NCBI RefSeq assembly: GCF_006345805.1
Contig: NC_043017.1
Coordinates: forward strand, 29,760,001-29,824,000
DNA from: Octopus sinensis
Lineage: Eukaryota
Direction of reading: 5' to 3'
Length of the DNA: 64,000 bases
Within the stretch, counting starts at the first letter, position 1. Each line of letters starts with the position of its first letter. Shown here in pieces: positions 1 to 13,520 of the stretch. Made by a program: the position numbers and the translations under genes. The notes beneath the pieces were generated by a model that saw only the letters and a list, made by a program, of their open reading frames with translations, made no database searches and was not told the origin of the DNA.

Positions 1-131
1 ATATATATATATATATATATATATTAGATAATAGACACACACACATATATATACACACACACATATATATATACACACACATATATGTATAATATATATA
101 AATACACACATATATGTATATATATATAAAT

Positions 132-177
<46 letters not shown>

Positions 178-1320
178 AGAGAGAGATATAGTGAGAGATA
201 TAGAGTATACAAATTTCTCACCTTCCCTCCATCTCTTGTCAGTTTGTGAGAGAGCATTTTTTTTAACTGTATAACTATTTCATTTTCGTTTACTTCATTC
301 CTCTTTAGTTTTACCATTCTTTTATATATTTTTGGGTGAAGATCATTGTGGCAGTAGCGGCATTTGTTGTTTTGCCTCTACTGGTAACTTGGGGAATATG
401 TTTCAACACTCAGCTTAGATCAATATTTAAATAAGAAACTAAACAGAATAACATAAGCGAAAATATACTATTCATGATTTAAATTTACGCTATCATTATC
501 CTCTGAAATTTCTTCAAAGAATATTTTGAAGGTGGCAATTTCAACAAATCGTTTTACTCTTTCAAAATATATTCTCTTTGGAATCTAACTATCACGTGCA
601 CTTCAACTTTTAACAAGTCTTTCGCATATTTCACCTGCAAATAAATCAGTATCTATTGATGTGTGTGTACCTCTACATATACACACACATACACGCTTCC
701 ATACATGCATACATACCTACGTACATATAAATATATATATATATATATATGAAAACACACTAACACATAAATATATACATATGCACACAAAAACACACAC
801 ACATAAATATATACATATGCACACAAAAACACACACATAAATATATATATATATTATATATATATAATATATACATACACATATATATATGTAGACATAT
901 ACACATATATATATATACACATATATATGTATACATATACACGCTTTCACATACGCACAAACATGTTAATAGATATGTATGTATTCATGTATGGATGTAT
1001 ACAGCACACATATACATTCATATACTCAAATATATATGTATATAAATGTATTTAACTATCCATCTATCTATCTGTCTATATATAAATATACATACACATA
1101 TACAAATATACATGCATATCTATATATACATATACTTATAAATAAATATACATACATATCTATATATACATATATATAAATATACATACATATCTATATA
1201 TAAATATACATACACATATACATACATATATATACATACAGATACACATATATATGTGTATATACACATATATATGTGTATATACACATATATATGTGTA
1301 TCTGTATGTGTGTGTGTGTC
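1..1320. repeat. Compound (TA)n/(CA)n/(TACA)n microsatellite fields (about 1-190 and 650-1320)
   Basis: Visible dinucleotide/tetranucleotide runs; overlapping ORFs translate to YI/CV/HT repeats. Confidence 0.9.
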
Positions 1321-1670
1321 TTTGCGTGTTTGTTTATGTCCATGTACACAAAATGATGATGATATGAATGTAGTGTGAGGAATAAAAAAAAAACACGAAG
1401 AAATAATGTATAAATTATTTAAGATTCAAAGATCTTTTTTTCTTCTTTTTTTTCTTCTCTGGGTGAAATAAGTACGTAAAAAAAAAAAAAGAAAGGTCAA
1501 AATAAGAAAATTCATTTTGCGTTCGTAAATTTTGTTGCAGCTACTTCGAATCTGATGCCATTACTCTTAGAGTAATACGTCAATATCGTGACTATTTCAA
1601 TTCTCTTGACCTCGTTTCCTTGTCTTGCCAATCACCATCCCCAAAGTGTAAGTATACATAAAACCAATAA

Positions 1671-1720
<50 letters not shown>

Positions 1721-1931
1721 TCATACGACTTGAATGACGGTGGTGAAGTATAAATATCAGCCGTAGGGTCATGAATGATCATCTTCGTCTTCAAACGTTT
1801 TTTTTCTACAGTGAGACAAGTTGGCGGAGTGTTGCTCGACATAAAACGATACAAGCTATTAATAGATTCAATTTCTAGATTTTGTGTTTGAATTCTCAAC
1901 TTATAATCTTTCTCTAACTCTCCCGACCGCA

Positions 1932-1973
<42 letters not shown>

Positions 1974-2283
1974 GGCATTTAGTTTGATATGTATTCATTT
2001 ATGTGCTTAGATACATTCATCTACGTTCATCTCTTCTGCCCGTTTCTTGTTGTGATTCTCTGTGTCTTTTTGTGTGTGCAGGCGCTTCCTTGCGTGTGGC
2101 CCTTATTTACTAAAATAAATACATTTATTATAAAAATCTGGTCGATAACATTTCAATATTTGCACCGATTTGACTTACATTTCATCGACTTCTTCCCAAA
2201 AAAGCACACTTGCGTTTCATTTTAAACTAAAATATAAAAAGGTTTTATCCTACCCATCTTTAACACACACATAAATACATCCA

Positions 2284-2287
<4 letters not shown>

Positions 2288-2322
<35 letters not shown>

Positions 2323-2333
2323 TATATTATATA

Positions 2334-2402
<69 letters not shown>
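2288..2402. repeat. (TA)n microsatellite
   Basis: About 115 bp of near-perfect TA repeat. Confidence 0.95.
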
Positions 2403-2405
<3 letters not shown>

Positions 2406-2467
2406 CTGAAAGCTGCAAAAATGCAAAAACTGCTTCGCAGAATTTCACGTTCCCATTCGTCGAATAG
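2401..2467 (-). mobile_element. Decayed copy of the hammerhead-bearing PLE-like terminus family seen at 24895-25134
   Basis: tttcacgttcccattcgtcgaatag aligns with tttcacgttcccgttcgtcggacag at 25012-25036; upstream aaagctgcaaaaatgcaaaaac aligns with aaaagcagcagaaattcaacaaaac; abuts (TA)n. Core is mutated. Confidence 0.6.
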
Positions 2468-2817
2468 TTGTGATCAAGAATAGAATAAATTTGTGATGGT
2501 ACATGTAATATATGATTTGTTATATGTCATAATTTATACAAACGGCAGTGTTCGAGATATTTCCTTAAATATTAAATCATAAAGAAATGCCATCCCTTTC
2601 ACATTTGCCATCAACTGAACACTTCCCTATCTAACATAGCTATTGTAGAAATAGTAGCATATGTGTTCCTCTGTAGAGGATTACAGCAACTGAAAAAGTA
2701 ACTGTTCCGTCATTTATATTTATACGAAAGTAGATTTTCAAACAAAATCTCGAAAATATATGTATGTAATCTCATTCTAATGTGAATAAATATCGTTTCT
2801 CTAACGTATTCCAAATG

Positions 2818-3336
2818 AAGCAAGAAGGCTTGGCAAGCCTTCGCTATTCTTCGGCCGGTATGGAAGTTCAGTGTCATTCTTAACTGGAACTAAACTCTGC
2901 TTATTTAGTTCAAACGTAAAATCTGTGCTTTTGTATGGCTCTGAAACATGGAGAGCCACATACAGCAACTACATGAAGATCCAGACCTTCATCAACAAAT
3001 GTCTCCGGCAGATCCCCCATCTGAAGTGGTTCTACAGAGTGCCAAACAATAACCCGCGAGAAAGGGCCAACCAGGAGGCCATACAAAGGAAATGGAGATG
3101 GATCGGACACACACTGCGGGAAGAAGAACAAATGTGACATGACAAGCACTTGACTAGAACCCGCAGGAGAAAAGGAAGCGAAGACGACGGAAGCAGACAT
3201 GGAAGCGGAGCGTTTTGGACGAGCTCAGGACCACCGGCCTGACATGGGAAGCAGCCAAGAAACACGCCAATGACTGCAAAAAGTGGAAAAAAAGCTGTTG
3301 AAGCCCTATACTCCAGAAGGGGCAAAACCGATTAAG
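2818..3336 (+). mobile_element. 5'-truncated RTE-clade LINE remnant (C-terminal part of ORF after the RT core), with stops and frameshifts
   Basis: Translates to TKLCLFSSNVKSVLLYGSETWR...QTFINKCLRQI...RKWRWIGHTLR, then in shifted frames QALD*NPQEKRKR...QTWKRSVLDEL and AVEALYSRRGKTD*. These match the RTE C-terminal motifs SVLLYGxETW, WRWIGHxLR, WNPQGKRKRGRP. Followed by (TA)n. Confidence 0.9.
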
Positions 3337-3370
3337 AATATATATATATATATACGGATATATTACAGAA

Positions 3371-3471
3371 AGAGAAACTGACATGGAATTCACGAGATTC
3401 TTTGTTCATCATTAAGATAACTTCGAACGACCGAGTATAAATAATTTCGTGAATTCCATCTTTGTCTTTCT
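3371..3471. repeat. Imperfect inverted repeat, possibly an old MITE
   Basis: atggaattcacgagatt (3383-3399) vs aatttcgtgaattccat (3443-3459), 16/17 complementary, with weaker outer agagaaa/tttctct arms. Confidence 0.45.
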
Positions 3472-4345
3472 CTCATATGTTATATATAGACTATGTTATA
3501 GACACGAAGAAAAACCTCCAGGAAATCCAATAGCCTTTTTATCCATACTGTTGATGGCATCAGATAACCGAATACACAGAACAGGCTTTAAACAGCAAAC
3601 TATAAGTGTATAGCCAAATTTAAAGTTATTTATGGACATATGTATGTGTTTGTATTTAAATTACTTTTATATATATATGTGCGTGTGTGCAAGAGACATG
3701 TGCGCTGTGGGTGTGTGTAGTCATATTCATTCGTGTATGCACACATATATACATACAAAAGCATATTGACGAATATTTTAAAGTCAGTTGTATATTGTTC
3801 TACCAAGTTATATTTGATTGTGTACGGTGGAAAAGGAATTTTCTTTTTAACGATGATGCCATATTTAGGATATAGCAACACATTTTCTCTAATTGCGAGT
3901 GTCGCTATATCGTAGATTTTTATGCATTGCAGATATATCTCTGGGTCTCTTGAATTTGACCTGAAATTACCCGTCGGTCAAAACGGCCATATATTCTATC
4001 GTTATGGACAAATAGTTCCCAGGAGTTTATCGAAACGATCGTGGGATTCCTAGCGAAATGTGCATTCTCAGTGAAAATCTAGCATTTTGCCACGAGAAAG
4101 AATTCTCGTTTGAGATATCACACCTGATGTAGAAGCTTCAGGACGTATTTAAACAAGTATGCACGCATTAGAATTGCTCAATCGGCTCACAAACACACCA
4201 CGCGGCAAGTGTGAAAGCCCACAGATTTCGAAGTTCCTGTCCAAAGAAGAACGCAGAACACACATACACACACACACTCACTCATTCCCATACAAATACT
4301 CACGTAAATATATATACGTATACATTATTTTTATTTATGCGTCGT

Positions 4346-4641
4346 TTTCAAACCTATCCGGGCTCATGGGCCCGGTTTCCCGGTTTCTGTGGCATATGTG
4401 TTTCCCGCAGCTGGACAGGACGCCAGTCCATCGCAGCCTTACTCAAGGAACAGGAAGAAAGATTGAAAGAATGTTGGGGTGAAAGAGTACAACAGGGGTC
4501 GCCACCACCCCCTGCCGGAGCCACGTGGAGCATTTTAGGTGTTTTCGCTCAATAAACACGCACGACGCCCGGTCTGGGAATCGAAACTGCAATCCTCCAA
4601 CCACGAGTCCGCTGCCCAAAACACTAGGCCATTGCGCCTCC
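4346..4641 (-). mobile_element. tRNA-derived SINE, head A + tail 2
   Basis: Minus strand starts ggaggcgcaatggcctagtg (A box) with a B-box-like gtttcgattccc; tail gggaaaccgggcccatgagccc shared with 20387 and 31762. Confidence 0.85.
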
Positions 4642-5077
4642 ACATATATGTATAAATACGCTACATATTTGTTTCCGCATATGGCATGTAAATGTATAAT
4701 ATATGTCGAAGTGTTTTTTATACGTTTACAACGGTGTAATTGTCGGAAAAGCAAAATGTTTAGCGTGAAAAATTTCAACTCTTGTTTGCACATGAATGTT
4801 CCCTGTGTATTTTGATGTATATTACGGCTGTTAGGAACTAATTACCATATATACTCACGTGTACAGCTTTTAGAATGAATCCGTTACAAATGTTTATGTG
4901 CCTGTGTCTGTGCGTGCAGTTGTGTATGATTATACATGCAAGTATATACAAACATATGTGTACACATGTCTGTCTGTATATAAGCAAAAATGAAGCTTGT
5001 AGCGTCAGTTAGTTCCGTTGTATATGTTTAGACACTAGATTTGTTGAAAGATAACTTTCTTTGCTGATATATGGCTA

Positions 5078-5477
5078 GGCGGCGAGCTAGCAGAATCGTT
5101 AGCACGTCGGGCGAAATGCTTAGCGGTATTTCGGCTGCCGTTACGTTGTGAGTTCAAATTCCGCCGAGGTCGACTTTGCCTTTCATCCTTTCGGGGTCGA
5201 TAAATTAAGTACCAGTTACGCACTGGGGTCGATGTAATCGACCTAATACCTATGTCTGTCCTTGTTTGTCCTCTCTGTGTCTAGCCCCTTGTGGGTAATA
5301 AAGAAATAGGTATTTTTCGTCTGCCGCTACGTTCTGAGTTCAAATTCCGCCGAGGTCAACTTTGCCTTTCATCCTTTCGGGGTCGATTAAATAAGTACCA
5401 GTTACGCAAACTTAATCCGTTTGTCCGTCCTTGTTTGTCTCCTCTATGTTTAGCCCCTTGTGGGTAGTAAAGAAATA
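5078..5477 (+). mobile_element. SINE group D: full copy (5078-5310) plus tandem 5'-truncated copy (5311-5477)
   Basis: ggcggcgagctagcagaatcgttagcacg...gagttcaaattccgccgaggtcgactttgcctttcatcctttcggggtcgat...ccccttgtgggtaataaagaaat; recurs many times in the window. Confidence 0.9.
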
Positions 5478-6607
5478 TATATGCCTAATTGTACTAATTC
5501 ATTCCTGAAATCACCAGATTCATCTCAGATTTGCATACAAGCTTGTTGGATGCTGGCGTAATTCGCCTTGATTTTCATCTTGAATTTTATTTGGTATATT
5601 ACTAATTTTACCAGTGCTATTGTGTCTGGGGAGAGTCATTTTCTTTGTGTGCCTTATAATGTAACACACTCACCGGTAAAATTGTCCACTTATTTTTATT
5701 TTCCTAAAATTTTCGTTGCGTCTTGCAACATTTTCAATAGTCTTGACTCAAGTTCGTTGCGTGACAAAGCTGAGTTAACAATGCTGTTACATGATAATAC
5801 ATTATTTCATTTTTGCACTTATAGCATTTATTTTCAGAAGTCTACAACGGAACTTAAAACAAATGATGCAAAAACGACGTCTGAAGATTGCTTGGTGGCG
5901 ATACTGAATCTACAATATGAATGTCGATGCTTTAGATTTTGTCATTACTTCTCTACTTCCGCTTGAAATAATAGCCAAATATTTTCAAATCACATAATAG
6001 GATCTCATAGAAAGAGAGGGGCATATATTGTTACTAAATCACAATACCTCGATTACAGAAGATTTATTAGAGCTGCAGCGTATGTGAGCATAGCTCAAGC
6101 TTAATCAGAGCTAATCCGAAACAAAGCGATAGCACAAATAGAAAGTTAGGTACGGCAACAATAAATATCCAGAAAATTTATGAAAACAATATCATGGCAA
6201 CTGGATTCTGATTTTTAAATTTCTCATAATTTTATTGGCAGCTGTGAATATATTCTGGCGATTAAATATGGCCGTAAATCCTCATATATCTTGCTTAGAT
6301 CACACCGGGGATGTGAATGTCATTGTGTTAGTAATAAATATTCATAAAATTGAAAAAATATATTCAAGATTATGAACTACAAAAATGCTTATTCCGATTC
6401 TGGATCAAGCCTTGCGCGCTAACGATGTTAGGGGAAAAGAAAATCCTTATACTTGAGAATATAAAAACTAAACCACAATAAATTATTGTAACCAAAATAG
6501 TGTGGTTTCTCTTGTGCGGTGCAGTCAATATATACATAGATACACACATACATAGAAGCACACTAAATATTCAACAACACACACGCACACTCATATACAT
6601 ATATATA

Positions 6608-6637
<30 letters not shown>

Positions 6638-6638
<1 letters not shown>

Positions 6639-6828
6639 AACACTTAGAGAATCCACTTATAGGGATTCTACGCATTAGAAAGAACAGCTAAATTCTATGA
6701 CCACAAAAAACTTGGGATAAAATCCAAATTTATTCCTGTCGAATGTTATCCTAATTTTTTTTGTGGTCATAGAACTTAGCTGTTCTTTCTAATGTGTAGA
6801 ATCCCTATGATGGATTTTTTATGTGTTT
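6638..6828. mobile_element. Foldback/MITE-like palindrome (about 83-bp arms, 25-nt spacer) next to a TA tract
   Basis: 6638-6720 is the reverse complement of 6746-6828 with a few mismatches (atagggattctac.cattagaaagaacagctaa.ttctatgaccacaaaaaa). Confidence 0.8.
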
Positions 6829-6918
6829 AAATATACACTATATCGTATGACTAATATATAGTCTTTTTGACTGAAATTTTTTTACGCGTTAAACCACTGG
6901 AAATGTAAATTTTGATTG

Positions 6919-6951
<33 letters not shown>

Positions 6952-7916
6952 ATATATATATATTATATATATATATATATATATAGTGTGGTTTCTCTTT
7001 ATATATATATATATATTTCTATGTTTTGAACAAGTTGGGTACAATGCAAAACCCAAATCAGCGTTTTCTGGTTCTACTTAAAAACTGAAAATGGCCGTCA
7101 ACAAATAACTTGAACTGCGTAAAACTAATGTCTCCTCTATAATTATTCTAGTTTCAACGCCTTTTTTCTCAACAAACACAGCTATTATTAATACATCTAT
7201 ACATACTTTCCTAATCCTACCCGCAAGAAATAATAGAGCAATTTTCAGGAGATCATTATTTTTTTATGATTACTACATTTTTCTGTATTATACACAAAAC
7301 GGCCGTTAAATTTATAATAGAAAATCTGCCTATGTAAACAATATATTTTATGTACTTTTCATATTTTCCCTATATTTTCTGAAACACTTTGTAAAGCAAC
7401 GGCTTATTTAGTCTACATACACACACACACACACACACAAGATTGACAATGTTTTTTTAGTCTTTTTTACATTGTTTACCTAGTGGTTTAAGGAGAAATT
7501 GTCTGTGGCCGTGGCTTTCACAGATGCTTAAGTGCGAAAAGTGTAGTTGTTACATTTAGAGTTCTCCTTAAACTCTTGCGCGTCGACGGATGTAGAAACA
7601 GAAAATGTGTGCAGAGAAGGAATGAATTTGTGGGAAGTAATTATTACGTTTAGTAGTTAATGCGGAGATAAGAGAAGTGAAGGCAGATCTTAGATGACAA
7701 TTGATCGAAAGACAGATGAGAAATTTTGAAGAAATATTTCAGAGGTGATTGCACGAGGCTAGACAGGTCTGAAAACGAGAAATTAGTTTTGTTGTTGTTA
7801 AAAAATAAACAGGCAAAGGGAGAAAGATATTGACATAGAAGGAGAGTGAAATAGAAAGAGATAGACAGTGGAGATGGTATGTCTGAGCAGCACACTATAC
7901 TTTCTTTAAAAGAAAT

Positions 7917-8115
7917 ACCTATTTTTTTATTACCCACAACGGGCTAAACATAGAGGGGACAAACAAGGACAGACATAGGTATTAAGTCGATTACATCGAC
8001 CCCAGTGCGTAACTGGTACTTAATTTATCGACCACGAAAGATTGAAAGGCAAAGTCGACCTCGGCGGAATTTGAACTCAGAACGTAGCACCAGACGAAAT
8101 ACCGCTAAGCATTTC
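7917..8115 (-). mobile_element. SINE group D, 5'-truncated
   Basis: Reverse complement of the group D body: ggcaaagtcgacctcggcggaatttgaactcagaacgt. Confidence 0.85.
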
Positions 8116-8539
8116 AATACCAAGTTGAACAGTACATGTAGATTCCTAAATACACAATGCTCATGAAAATGCAGAACGTTCATGGCTGGAGTGTTCCTGA
8201 CAATAGATCTGCTGAATCAAATCTGACCGGCAGATAAACATCAATAACAGTAACAAACGGTTGATCTCACAGAAAGAAAAGAAAAAACATAACGTGCGCT
8301 CCTTTTACGTTCATAACGACTTCTAACTCGTATAAAAGCTGGAACGGTTTAACAAGGAAAAGTGTATTTCAGTAATCGGGTCTCACTGTATGATTAGTTA
8401 ATAATTATATTAAAACATGAAAGTAAATGTATATCTTTGTGGTGTTTGAACAGTGAAGAAAATAATCTGATGTGATTAAACAAATCGCTTTATCTGCTGC
8501 TCAACTAATTCTACTGTCTACTACGTATAAAAAGTAAAA

Positions 8540-8840
8540 GACACCTTTCGTTCATGAATGACCATGGGATTGCACCTTGAAAGTTCTTCTCCGAGGTACA
8601 AGTCTGGACCCGTTTGTTTGTGGAAGACCAGCAGTTAACCATGCATACCCGTCACCGCTCTCCACGTCACCGACGGGTTGTGCAGGGGACAGGCAAATGC
8701 CGTTACAGCTTGGCTTTCAATGACATCGCACCTCATTTCTGCCGCTGAGTGAACTGGAACAAAGTGAAATAAAGTGTCTTGCTCAATACAAGGAATCGAA
8801 CTCACGACCTGAAGCCCGATGCTCAAACCACTAAGCCATG
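8540..8840 (-). mobile_element. tRNA-derived SINE, head B + tail 3 (diverged)
   Basis: accactaagccatg head end, gtgtcttgctcaa core, gaccatgggattgcacct tail; homologous to 25144 and 27917. Confidence 0.75.
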
Positions 8841-9336
8841 GACATTCGCTACATTATAATACTGGGAATAAAAATTATCAAATATGAGTAACACGACACA
8901 CATTTTGTAGGGAGGGAATGTAGACTTCATAATGGCTTCAGTCCTTGACACATATTTACTTTTAGCTACCCACGCAGGATAAAGAAGCATAATTGTGCGC
9001 TGTGGGATTTGAAAGTAGAACGTAATGAAATGCGACTAAACATCTTAAAACGTTTTATCCTTTGCTCTTCTGATTCTAACATCAATTGACATTAGCAATT
9101 CAAATAAAGCTTTTTTTCTTTGTTTGATCGTTCGTTTTCTTTTCGTTAGATTTAGACTAGCAGTTTTGAGGGGGGAGAAGTTAGTCGATAAATCGTTTAC
9201 AATACTTGAGGGATGCTTTGTATTATTGAAACCTTAGGAATGACCAGCCAACTTCATCTTAGTGGGATTAACTTGAGAAAGTAAAAGAAGATAAAAAAGA
9301 ATTAGCACAAAGTAATTTCAGACTTTTTTTTTATTA

Positions 9337-9672
9337 TTTCCCTTCCGTTTCAGTTATCGGACTTCGGTTGGACTAAAGCGCCGCCTTACAAAGGTTTAGG
9401 TGAACGAATCAACGTCTGTTATTTAATCTTTCTGTTTTGCCGAACCACAAAGTTACGGGAAAATAAAAGTAATCCCTGCTTTGAAGTAGTGGCGGGGAAC
9501 AAACCCACACACATATATATATATATACATATATATATTATGAGCTTCCACATCGTTTCCGATGCATTGGTCAGTCTGGTGTTATAGTAGACGTTACTTA
9601 CTCAAGGTTCCGCGCAAAGGGACTGAATCCTAAATCACGTGATTCAAAAGGAGATGCTTCACCATACAGTCA
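9337..9672 (-). mobile_element. SINE group E, heavily decayed
   Basis: gcgccgcctt, ttttgccgaacc, internal CA/TA tract and gggactgaatcc match the group E layout in reverse. Confidence 0.55.
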
Positions 9673-10662
9673 TATGGCCTTTCTTAATTGAAAAATGCAA
9701 AAACACAAAAATATGCAACAAATTTTCTTTGAACCTATTACATCAACATATAAAAGTTTGACCAGTCTTTTTTATTTTTAGATTAGTGTAACTCTCCAGA
9801 TAATCTCACCCTTCTTTTTTTTTTCTAGTCTATAATATACTTCTCATATATTATAGACTGTCCGTTTGCAAACCTGCTTATCTTTAAAATATAGCTACCA
9901 CAAATTATAGACTGTCTGTTCAACAAAGTTTGAACTATAGTGTACCAAGATTGTTCTAACATTTATTTACAAAATTTTCCGCCAGATTGATTTTGTGATC
10001 TATGAACTATGAAATGCTAATTAGATCGTTTGATTTTTCGCAAAAGATTAACAAAGACTTAGCTTTTACTTCCCACATATCAAGAATACTTTTTTTTTTG
10101 CTTAAATAGCTTCTTTCGCATTTTACGATTAACAGAACATATTTTTATGATATATTGAAAATAAATTATGTTCTTTTTGCTTTGATTAATAAAAAAAAAT
10201 TAGAGAAGACAGATGGTTGTCTAAATTTTCTTTGCCAAAAATAATGAGCTATATTATTGTTTTTTTAAATATTTCTTCACATCGTGTTATATATTGTTCC
10301 AAGACGATCGTCATTATCTAGTGTTATATATAAATTCTTAATTCTCCAGTTAGTTTCGCTAAGTGGATTTGTTCGAAAGACATTCAGATAAATGTATCCA
10401 TATTAGACACAATAATATCTTCCTCACATATATTCCGTAAACTTCGTACAATAATACTCATAGGACTTACTTCGATGTTTGATATATTTTAAACCATCTC
10501 ACTTCTAGAATTCACAATTCTATTCAATATTAAATTTGCAGTGACTTCTATATATATAAAACTCAACTTGTGTGTCTGTGTGTGTATCTGTATGTGTCTG
10601 TGTGTTTAACTTTCGGATCTACCAAGTTTCATTATTAAGGATGGAAAGTAGTGTGTAGCAAA

Positions 10663-11054
10663 TCTATATATATAAAGCTGAAGTTGTCTGTGTGTGGCAG
10701 TCTTGGCAGGCTTCAACTAACACTATCTCCTTCGAGACCCTGCAGCGCAAGTTGACCAAAATTGAGAGTATGATAGAAGAAGGCTTGCTCTTCATTCTGT
10801 AGAAGATAAAATTCAAATCGGACCATATTAACACCAAACATTATTTACATCAAAAAGATACTTTTTTTTCTATGAAAATCCCTATTTTTTTACGATTTTT
10901 GACAGCTGTGTCACCATTTTTCGGTGTATTTCAACTGGAAAAATGTTCACTTGAAGAGAATAAAAATGTTGCATAATGCAAAATTTTTACTTTTCAAAAA
11001 TTCCAATTCTTAAGGGTCGAAACAAACCCAAGCAACACCGGGTGATACTGCTAG
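10663..11054 (+). mobile_element. Non-autonomous Helitron
   Basis: Starts TC after A (a|TCtatatatataaag), ends CTAG before T (ctgCTAG|t), subterminal hairpin cccaagcaacaccggg at 11027-11042; no TSD, as expected for Helitrons. Confidence 0.8.
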
Positions 11055-11946
11055 TAATACATACAACTAAAATTTTTATCGAATGTAAGGTTCTTTAATG
11101 ATTTAAGCTGTATATTTTCCAACAATAAGAAAATAGCACTGATTAAATCTTTGCATATTTCCAATCAATAATGTAAACGAAGTCAAGCTCATTACTTAAA
11201 CACAATATTACTTTCCGCAAGATCAACGTTCTAGAAGCTTTCAATTATGGTTTAAATGAGATGGAAACACCATACTTTCTTTGTTTTACAACTTTCGTTC
11301 AAGTTTCTAAGTGGTGCAAATTTCTGATTATAATCACGCTTCCAAATTTGAAAGAAAATTAGGGATTTAATCGATTTATTTTATTGACCAGAAATGAGTT
11401 AGAGAAAGGATTCGAACTCAGAGCGAACATTGACAGAAAGAATATATTAATTATTAAGAAAACTACCGTCCTGATATTTCCTCCACTCCACTATGCAATG
11501 GTTTTAACTTATTTCATCTAATATTTTTATTTCTCCTCTTCTGGAAAGCTCTTAAAAAATTTTTGAGTGACTTAGATCAAAATATATAAGCTGAGAAAGA
11601 TAACTGAATTACTTTGAAAGTTTTCAAAACAATTGTCCAGAATTAGGGTTATTTGCGCACAGCATAACCAGAGGCAATTAAGAAGCTCATTTTCCGACCA
11701 TGCAGATAGAATAATGATGCCACGGTACAGCCTTGAAGCATGTGATTGTCTACCACACGTTGAATAGGTCAATACATAATGAAAGAAGACAAAACTATAC
11801 AGTAGCCTTACACAAACACACACGAACAGACAGAGAAGTAGAGTACATATTAATTTGTCTAAAAGAGGCATCTACGCACTGTGAATCATGAGTATATTTA
11901 GATCTGCGTACCGTGCCTGTCTGAATATGAATTAGATAAAGAGAAT

Positions 11947-12363
11947 GATCTCTTCGGTTTGAACGGCAGTTTTTTTCTAGCGGTGTCATATGAAATTGTC
12001 ACCCATAATTATGACCCTAGTATCGATCAATTGCATTTCAATCTGTTTAATGATTAGTTAGGTTTAGGGTGAAGGGTATCTTTTTTTTTCTTCACAAATG
12101 TAAATAAACCGAATCTGTTTCTTAAACGAGGGACATATTCATACGGCACAGAATGTTTTCACCTCAATATACGTCATTGATTGGTTGAAATGGCAGAAAT
12201 TGAAGAAAAAAACCCAACAAATATCTTACAAACTATAGAACTTTCTCAATAAAGCCAAGAGAAAAAGATGTTTTATAAAAGCATTCTCCCAGTATACGAA
12301 GTTTAAAAGTGTTTAGTTACGTGGAAATTATTAAAAAAATCTGCCGTTCAAACCGAAAAGATC
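11947..12363 (+). mobile_element. MITE, copy 1 (TIR gatcttttcggtttgaacggcag)
   Basis: Left gatctcttcggtttgaacggcag, right ctgccgttcaaaccgaaaagatc; body aligns end to end with 13104-13520. Confidence 0.9.
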
Positions 12364-13103
12364 CCCGCAGTATGAACATAGGTGGTTCGTGATAAAGTAA
12401 CGGAAAATCTAGGTGGTGCTACAGCATGGTTGCAGCCATTCGTCTGAAGCTGAAATTATTAAACAGAACAGTGAAAGTTTCTATCTGAGATAGTATGAAA
12501 CTCATAATTAACTTTATTTTAGCCTGAAATAGCCTCACCAGAATCTCATTCTAGATGAAGTAATAATTGATATTCACACAGTTTCTGACGGATATAATTT
12601 TAGTAGTAAATTACTTAGCCTCGAATATATTTGAATCAGTTACTCAGATTTCTACGAGGAATAATTTTTACGTTAAACCAATTTTTAAACCAATTACATC
12701 AAGAATTCGCTCCGCAAAAATATAATTTCCTTAATGTGTAATACGATATCTCATACTTCATTTTGGTGAATAATAACTAACAAATAAATAGATAAAAACT
12801 TAAAATATCATAAAAATATTAAAATATATACATAAACATCGTCTACGTAAGTTATTTCTCAGATTGCTTTTCAAAGATATTTATAACAGAATACCGATCT
12901 GATGTGTGAATCCCTGGGGTCCTTTTAAAATAATATCTTTTCAATCTTCTTCTATGAGCTTATTTACTATCCTCCGCCCCCACCCCAGTTTTGTATAGTT
13001 TGAAAGTGATTGCTGTAGTACTAGATGTTACCAAGATGTGTCGAATCGAGATTATCATTCCGGTTTCGAGTCCCGTTTCAAACACTTCAATATAAAATCG
13101 TTC

Positions 13104-13520
13104 GGATCTTTTTGGTTTGAACGGCAGTTTTTTTCTAGCGGTGTCATATGAAATTGTCCCCCATAATTATGACCCTAGTATCGATCTATTGCACTTCAAT
13201 CTGGGTTAGGGTTAGTTAGGTTTAGGGATGGGGGCAAGGGTATCTTTTTTACTTCACAAATATAAATAAACCCAATCAGTTTCTTAAACGAGGGACATAT
13301 TCATACGGCACAGAATGTTTACCTCAATGGACGTCATTGATTGGTTGAAATTGTAGAAATTGAAGAAAAAAAACAGCAAATATCTTACAAACTATAGAAT
13401 TTTCTCAATAAAGCCAAGAGAAAAAGATGTTTTATAAACACATTCTACCAGTATACGAAGTTTAAAATTTTTAGTTACCTAGAAATTATGTTAAAAATGT
13501 CGTTCTAACCGAAAAGATCC
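13104..13520 (+). mobile_element. MITE, copy 2, with 8-bp TSD AATCGTTC
   Basis: Termini ggatc...gatcc; aatcgttc at 13096-13103 and 13521-13528. Confidence 0.9.

Noticed and set aside
9827-9859. 13-bp AT-rich hairpin agtctataatata/tatattatagact
   Set aside because: Short and AT-rich; expected by chance or from local slippage in this composition.
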